The notes under the pieces were generated by a model. It searched no databases, was not told where the DNA came from, and worked only from the letters and a program-made list of their open reading frames with translations. From Blastocatellia bacterium (GTDB taxonomy: Bacteria; Acidobacteriota; Blastocatellia; UBA7656), in the NCBI GenBank assembly GCA_963765495.1, contig CAVXWP010000009.1, forward strand, positions 608,001 to 672,000: 64,000 nt of DNA, given 5' to 3'. Every line of letters begins with the position of its first letter. Within the stretch, counting starts at the first letter, position 1. The translations under genes were made by a program, and so were the position numbers. Below are positions 58,585-64,000 of the stretch, in pieces.

Positions 58585-59004
58585 CTAACATCTTTTTTCA
58601 TCTCCCTCTTGATTCTTTGGATTGTCGTGTTGTCGTGACATTGCAAATTCAAGTGCTTGATTCGCGGCGCGGCTACAGGGAGTGCATTGGTAAGCGTCAC
58701 CGAAGTTCAATGGGTCGCCGCAACTCAGGCAGCATTCCTTCTGCGGCTCCACTGCTTCCCGCGCTACTAGAAATGGGATTGGTCCAACATCCGGTATCTG
58801 TGGCAGCATGGCTTTTACCCTCCAAGCTATATCAGTATCAGTAATAGCAATGAGCGCGATGACCTGAGACTTATGCTCTACCAGAGCTTCGCGTAATTCA
58901 GGTGTAACGGCTCCCCTTGGAGCATCAATCCGCAAGCGGTTGCCACTGGTTTCGATGAATATCCCCCGCTCGCGCAGTTCGGTTAACAACTCAACTGCGG
59001 TCAT
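58585..59004 (-). CDS. TubC-N-terminal-docking-like domain protein with C-terminal Zn finger
   Basis: LLTEL.ERGI.I...G.RLRI.AP.G..TPEL...L.EHK; CLSC...CTPC; 4-nt overlap with the primase gene. Confidence 0.7.
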   Translation of the reverse strand: MTAVELLTELRERGIFIETSGNRLRIDAPRGAVTPELREALVEHKSQVIALIAITDTDIAWRVKAMLPQIPDVGPIPFLVAREAVEPQKECCLSCGDPLNFGDAYQCTPCSRAANQALEFAMSRQHDNPKNQEGDEKRC

Positions 59005-61367
59005 ATTTCGAGCACCTCCCGCTCTACTTCCTCTTTTTGAGTCGCCACACTCGCCACAGACTTTGTTTTCAAAGAATTATCGCCATTTCCAGTCGCCACA
59101 GAATAGGCATCTTGTGGCGACTCAAATTCATTGTAAGTTGTTGATTTCAGGACTTGTGGCGAGTGTGGCGACTCGATCATCAGGTATCTGGCAAAGACAT
59201 CCTCAAAATCATTTCGCAAGTACCCTCGCTGTGTTTGGTCCCGCTCGCGCCATTTCGTAGGTTCGACTCCAAAAGGTTTAAGAAGGCGAGCTAATCCAAC
59301 TTTGCTTAAAGCCTTCCCGCTCTTATACTCTGCCCAAGGCCGTGATTCCATCTCGATGAGAGATTGAATTATTTCGTCTGATGTCAGCCGCTCCCGATCT
59401 TCAGCAAAGATTACTTTGAGGTCACCAAGCAACAATGTTCTGGCTGATTCCGAATCAGGCTTCTCACCGGCCATCGTTCGGGCGATAATGCGCGCTTCTC
59501 GCGGCCAGTCGCCACCAGCAGTATCGGCAATGGCAAACAATGGTCGCCAGTTGTCGCGTGCGCGGTCGTTAGTGATTTCAGAAGGGATATCAGGATCGGC
59601 CGCCCGAAGTTGTTTCTTCATTTCATCAACCCATCGAGCAGAGCGACGACGTAAGTGCTCAAACTCTCCCAGACGATCAAACCTTAGCCGCTCGATATTA
59701 TCGTTTGCGCGCTTGCGTTGTAAGCGAATGATAATGGCTCGATCTTCAAGTGTGCCGGGCAAGGCTCCTATTAAGGCTATCGCTTTCGGTGACCATGTAG
59801 TGAATCGCCGAGGTTCGTAATCTTCCCCTGTTGTACGAATGATGTAGCTGGTGGCTTTCCGATGTCCGCTATTGAGAATGCCTCTCAACTCCTCATTATC
59901 CGTTAAGAATGAATCCGCCTCATCAATCAGCAGGGTGGGTTGATATTTCTCTACGGTTCTAAATAGGGCGCTTGGAGTTATGTTTGCGACTGCGAGCGGA
60001 CGCGGGGCAAGCGCGTATAGCAGAGTCAAAAGCGTGGTCTTGCCGCATCTCTTCTCTGGACTGGTTATTGCGAGCAATGGAGAAATGTCGAATAGATCGA
60101 AAGCGTAGGTATAGACAATCCATAGAGCGATTGCCTTGAAAGTATGTTTGGAGGCCGAAAGGAAGCGGTTTACAACAGCAGTGATTTCGTCAAGCATGAT
60201 TGCGCCATCAACCGGCTCAGGCCACAGGGCAGGATCGCGCAAATCAAGCCCTTTTGATTCTTCCTCATCGCTCTCAAGTTTCGGCATTGCAACATCAATC
60301 AATCGAGCAGGACTTGAGAAGCCGCGCTCTTTGAGAATTTTTATAGCCTCCTCTCGCGCAATTCCTCGCGCAAGTTCATCAAGCGGTTTTACGGCATCAG
60401 CAAAGTCTCTGAATGCCTTCTCAATATCGGCAATCGTCGCGCCAACTTTGAGATTGCGAAGCGAAGCCAGGGCATCGTCGCTTAGATGTTTGCCGGGTTG
60501 AGAATGACCATGCTTGCCATTCGGTTGCTCAGGCAGTCCAAACGAATGAAGCAATGCTGCATGAAAGCACCCTTTCTGGCATCTGACTGCGCCTGTGGCC
60601 GGATTGAACATGATGCCCGCATCGCTTTTGGGAACATGGCAGCGCGCACGGCAGTGATAGAAGCCGTCACCATTTTGCTTCGCAGTCGGATCATACATGA
60701 TGCGCCGCCTGAGTTCAGCATTAAGCTCATCCCACGTCGAATAATTTGAATTGGTATCAGTATCTTTGCTCATCTGTTCAACCAATCGCGATGATTCTTG
60801 GGCAGTCTCGATAATTTTGCGCCAGTTCAGCGTCTTGCCGTCAAATAGGTGATACTCATAAGGCGCATCGGGTAAAGCCTTCGCTGGCATATAAAACATT
60901 CGAGATTCATCTTTTGCCTGCGGATCAATCTTGCCGCCTGAGACTTTGGCAGCCCATTGCCAAAGCCGCGAAAATAGCGAAGATGGGACAGGTTCAGATA
61001 AAGGGATGATGATGCGAAAACGCTCTTCCACTGTTGGATTTGAAATAACGACACGCCTATGCGAATGAGTCGTATAAACCCCGAAGCAAAAACCCAGATC
61101 AAGCCAGGGTTGTAGATCCTCATCAAGCGCGGCGTGATGGTCATAATCAAGCACCAGCATAGAAATCTCGGTGACATTTGCCTTTTTCCGCTCAGGTGGT
61201 TTGAAGGTCGCGGGTGAGAATAGCGGACCATCCTTTTCGGCGCGCACAACTGGACAAGCAAGATACCTGCATATAGCAGCCCAATCGTGATGAACGATCT
61301 GCGGGGATTTGTCATGCTTGCTCTTGAATAATGAAATTGCGTAGCTCAAGCGCCCTCCCATTCTCAA
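59001..61367 (-). CDS. Primase-like / DUF3631 replication protein
   Basis: N-terminal LVLDYD / YTTHSH / RFRIIIPL primase-like motifs; Walker A PEKRCGKT, LLIDEAD, DNWRPL.AIA. Confidence 0.8.
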   Translation of the reverse strand: MRMGGRLSYAISLFKSKHDKSPQIVHHDWAAICRYLACPVVRAEKDGPLFSPATFKPPERKKANVTEISMLVLDYDHHAALDEDLQPWLDLGFCFGVYTTHSHRRVVISNPTVEERFRIIIPLSEPVPSSLFSRLWQWAAKVSGGKIDPQAKDESRMFYMPAKALPDAPYEYHLFDGKTLNWRKIIETAQESSRLVEQMSKDTDTNSNYSTWDELNAELRRRIMYDPTAKQNGDGFYHCRARCHVPKSDAGIMFNPATGAVRCQKGCFHAALLHSFGLPEQPNGKHGHSQPGKHLSDDALASLRNLKVGATIADIEKAFRDFADAVKPLDELARGIAREEAIKILKERGFSSPARLIDVAMPKLESDEEESKGLDLRDPALWPEPVDGAIMLDEITAVVNRFLSASKHTFKAIALWIVYTYAFDLFDISPLLAITSPEKRCGKTTLLTLLYALAPRPLAVANITPSALFRTVEKYQPTLLIDEADSFLTDNEELRGILNSGHRKATSYIIRTTGEDYEPRRFTTWSPKAIALIGALPGTLEDRAIIIRLQRKRANDNIERLRFDRLGEFEHLRRRSARWVDEMKKQLRAADPDIPSEITNDRARDNWRPLFAIADTAGGDWPREARIIARTMAGEKPDSESARTLLLGDLKVIFAEDRERLTSDEIIQSLIEMESRPWAEYKSGKALSKVGLARLLKPFGVEPTKWRERDQTQRGYLRNDFEDVFARYLMIESPHSPQVLKSTTYNEFESPQDAYSVATGNGDNSLKTKSVASVATQKEEVEREVLEI
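59039..59174. promoter_or_regulatory. Candidate replication origin inside the 3' end of the primase gene
   Basis: Perfect 20-bp IR GAGTCGCCACACTCGCCACA; nested TCGCCACA iterons; IHF consensus at 59134-59146. Confidence 0.6.
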
Positions 61368-61370
61368 TCA

Positions 61371-61595
61371 TCACGACCGTACCTTTGCCTCGACGCGCCG
61401 AGCGCAGTTTGTCTTGAAGTCTTCAAGTGATTGAGAGTCGTAAAGAACCCTACGTCCGACTTTGAAATATGTGATGAGTTTCTTGGATTTGTAAATATTT
61501 AGCTGCGCTCGACTGATCTTAATTCTTTGCAGAAACTCACGTTCACTCATCAATCTGTCCATATCATCATTAAGTGCTGTGACTGCGGTGCTCAT
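61371..61595 (-). CDS. Excisionase/AlpA-like HTH protein
   Basis: LMSEREF...IKISR.......I.YFKVGRRVLY. Confidence 0.8.
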   Translation of the reverse strand: MSTAVTALNDDMDRLMSEREFLQRIKISRAQLNIYKSKKLITYFKVGRRVLYDSQSLEDFKTNCARRVEAKVRS

Positions 61596-61717
61596 AGTTC
61601 CCTCCAATAGATAAAAAATAGGCAGTGGCGTTATTGATGTTCACCACTGCCTACACATTACTATGGCTGTCGAGGACTAAATTACGAATTTAGTCCGGTG
61701 AGAATTCAATTGGTTCT

Positions 61718-62506
61718 TTAACTTCTCAGCCTCAAAAACTTAAAGATGATTCTGGGCCATCTCTGGCTGTCACCTTGTAATTCAGGGTAATAGCGATCTA
61801 ACTCCTTCCTTAGCTGGCGTTCGGTAAAACTTCCGTTCCCATTCCTTATGAGTCTATCAATCTCGTGTGCTACTCGCTCCTCATGAAAGGCGTTATCCGC
61901 TTGAGCCAAACCAAAAGCCGTTTGCAAAGTTCGTTCAAAGGCTTCTTTGCTGGTGAATAGCGGTGGACGACCACGTCTGGCTGTCTTTCGGCTACTCCGT
62001 TCAGATCCCGCAGCAATGTCAAGTTTGTTGATTGTGACCTCTACACGCCACGAATCGTTCTCTGGAGGAAAGGGGGATAGCCCGGTTATAAGCATGTCGT
62101 TGTCAGGATTGGTAGATACAGACGGGGCATCAAGCTTATGTTGGGATTGTCTGGTTTTGCTGACCCCTAATTCGAGATTGCAATACTCACCGCGATGCTT
62201 TGTTGAGAGCAATTCGTCATCTTCATTGGAAGCACACTCATATACTGCATTCGGATCAACAATCACAGCATGATGTGTTTCGGTGTCGGGCGGACCATAA
62301 TTGAGCGAAACACCTGCGTAATAGCTCTTTCCTGGGGTTGCCACACTCCCTGACTCTATCTGCCCGCTAATATCTTCAACAACAGCATCCCCTGGGCAGA
62401 TAGGCAACTTGGACGAGGCAGCCTTCTTTACAAACCTTATAAGGGGCGGCCCACCATGAAGGGATGCCAATAAATTGAGTCCTCCAATCTTCTCCTCCTT
62501 GTCCAT
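61718..62506 (-). CDS. Hypothetical protein, possible DNA binding (RRGRPP motif)
   Basis: AGGAGG RBS; lies between int and the xis-like gene. Confidence 0.65.
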   Translation of the reverse strand: MDKEEKIGGLNLLASLHGGPPLIRFVKKAASSKLPICPGDAVVEDISGQIESGSVATPGKSYYAGVSLNYGPPDTETHHAVIVDPNAVYECASNEDDELLSTKHRGEYCNLELGVSKTRQSQHKLDAPSVSTNPDNDMLITGLSPFPPENDSWRVEVTINKLDIAAGSERSSRKTARRGRPPLFTSKEAFERTLQTAFGLAQADNAFHEERVAHEIDRLIRNGNGSFTERQLRKELDRYYPELQGDSQRWPRIIFKFLRLRS

Positions 62507-62524
62507 AATGAGCCTCCTGATTCT

Positions 62525-63720
62525 TCAGCGGATTATTTCCTTTGGTTTTTGTGTTTCCTCTTTTGAATTGAACTCATCGAGTACCGCAGCAGCCCTCTTT
62601 GCAGTCTCTACATTAGCATTCACATAACGATAGGTCGTATTAGCCTGAGTATGCCCGAGAACTCGCCCTACCTCAGACAGAGGGACATGGCCAGATACAA
62701 GCCTTGTGGCGTGCGTGTGGCGCAGGTCGTGAAATCTCAGATCGGGAAGCCCTGCAACTATTCTAGCCTTGCTGAATGCTTTTTTGACGTTTGCTACCCC
62801 AAACACAAAACCATCAGGATTGAGGGGGGAGCTTTCCCACAACGCCTGTAGCTCTTGGGCCAGTCGTGAGGTAATTGCAACTTGGCGCTGCCTCATGGTC
62901 TTGGTATTGAATGCCTGTATGTTGACAAGCCCGTTCTCAAAATCAATATCTGACCATTTGAGCTTGAAAATTTCGCCTCGGCGCATCCCAGTATCCAAAG
63001 CCATGATGACGATGGGCCTTAAATGTGCCTTCGCTCCTGTGCATACAGCCAGCAGTTTTTCTTCTTCATCACGAGTCAATATCCGCTCCCGATGCCTTTC
63101 ATCGCCCGGATTGATGAGAGAGTTACCCATCACAAACGGGTTCTTGAGAATCCAGCCGTTTTGCTACGGCAACATTGAAGACTCGGCGAAGCAGGCTCAA
63201 CTCTTTATGAACGGTTCCGATGGATCTTTGTCGTTCTGTTTGATTTCCTGGCTTATCCGTTCCGCGTGTATTTTTCCCAAATACAACAGGAGTTTTAAGC
63301 CTGATGGATTTGAAGCGTTCCAAATCGCCATGCGTGATGGATTTTATTTTCTCCTTCGCAAAATAGTCTGTGAGGATGTTCAGGCGCAGTTGAAGTTCAT
63401 AGCGACTCCTATAGCCCGCAACTTTCCTGCCGTCCACATATTCAGGTTCTACAAGGTAGGTTCGCTGGTAGTAGTCGGCAAGCTGGGCGAATGTCATATT
63501 GGATGCGTCAATCGCCTTCTCTCCCTGTCCTTCGATCTCCCCAAGCATTTTCTTGGCAAGCTCACGCGCCGCTGTCTTCGTATTATCTTCGGGCTTCTGT
63601 AGCCATTGGCGCCGCTTGCCTTGTTTGTCTATAGGTTATGCAAGCAAACCATCGCTTGATCTTTTTGCCGTTTCTGACTTTCCATTTGTAGATCGCCGCA
63701 CCTGTTTTGGGCCTTGCCAT
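62525..63720 (-). pseudogene. int: Tyrosine recombinase/integrase with two frameshifts
   Basis: TGMRRGE, FHDLRH, LGH, TYRY catalytic motifs; AGGAGG RBS before MARPK; frame breaks near 63630 and 63160. Confidence 0.88.
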
Positions 63721-63924
63721 AGCATACCTCCTGCATAAAAGTGGGCTTGCGAACCATTGAAGTTTGACAGATTTGGTCAAACAAATGGTCAAACATTGAA
63801 GCCCGACATCAGCAGACAATGAATTGACATCACTAGACAATCATACTTGTAAACGCTCGCAAATAAAAGATTTTCTATACACGAGTAGGCGTTGCTAGAC
63901 ATCGAAACACAAGGTATTCCTGCA

Positions 63925-63973
63925 TTCACACGGCAGGGGTCACTGGTTCGAGTCCAGTAGCGCCCACTTTTAG
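63925..63973 (+). repeat. attR core (duplicated 3' part of tRNA-Val)
   Basis: Identical to 40107-40155; lacks the 5' half of the tRNA. Confidence 0.95.
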
Positions 63974-64000
63974 GATCAACAAATTACAGCCGCCCTTAGA

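Larger units (their letters stand above)
40107..63973. mobile_element. tRNA-Val-integrated genomic island (satellite/IME-like, with defence cargo)
   Basis: 49-bp att repeat, terminal tyrosine integrase, xis-like HTH, primase, AT-richer cargo; no capsid or conjugation genes recognised. Confidence 0.92.

Noticed and set aside
40770-63720. Intact prophage
   Set aside because: No capsid, terminase large subunit, portal, tail or lysis genes recognised
63925-63968. Second tRNA-Val gene
   Set aside because: Only the anticodon loop to 3' end is present; it is the att duplication

Overview
The window has two parts. Positions 1-40.1 kb are GC-rich core chromosome; the gene repertoire suggests an Acidobacteriota (Blastocatellia-like) organism, which is an inference. 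This part is rich in signalling genes: a c-di-GMP-I riboswitch leading a secreted S8 protease with a tandem GVMIAG tail and a membrane HD-GYP/GAF/GGDEF protein, a complete rsbRST(X) stressosome operon with divergent csbD, two NtrC-family activators with sigma-54 promoters nearby, two Ser/Thr kinases, three tandem periplasmic paralogues and several secreted Ig-tailed proteins. Intergenic spaces carry families of heptamer-array inverted repeats. Positions 40.1-64 kb are a ~23.9 kb island integrated in tRNA-Val(CAC), bounded by a 49-bp direct repeat (40107-40155 / 63925-63973). Its right end is a satellite/IME-like module (tyrosine integrase, excisionase-like HTH, primase/DUF3631 with an internal inverted-repeat origin candidate). 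Its left end is a phage-like repressor/operator/boxA early operon. Cargo includes a TPR protein ending in RAPP that overlaps head-to-head with a small secreted peptide gene, an AT-rich B12-radical SAM cluster, and disrupted DUF262/GmrSD-like and type III R-M genes. The best candidates for undescribed systems are the TPR(RAPP)/antisense secreted-peptide pair and the riboswitch-S8-repeat-HD-GYP/GGDEF loop. All calls were made by eye, without database searches.
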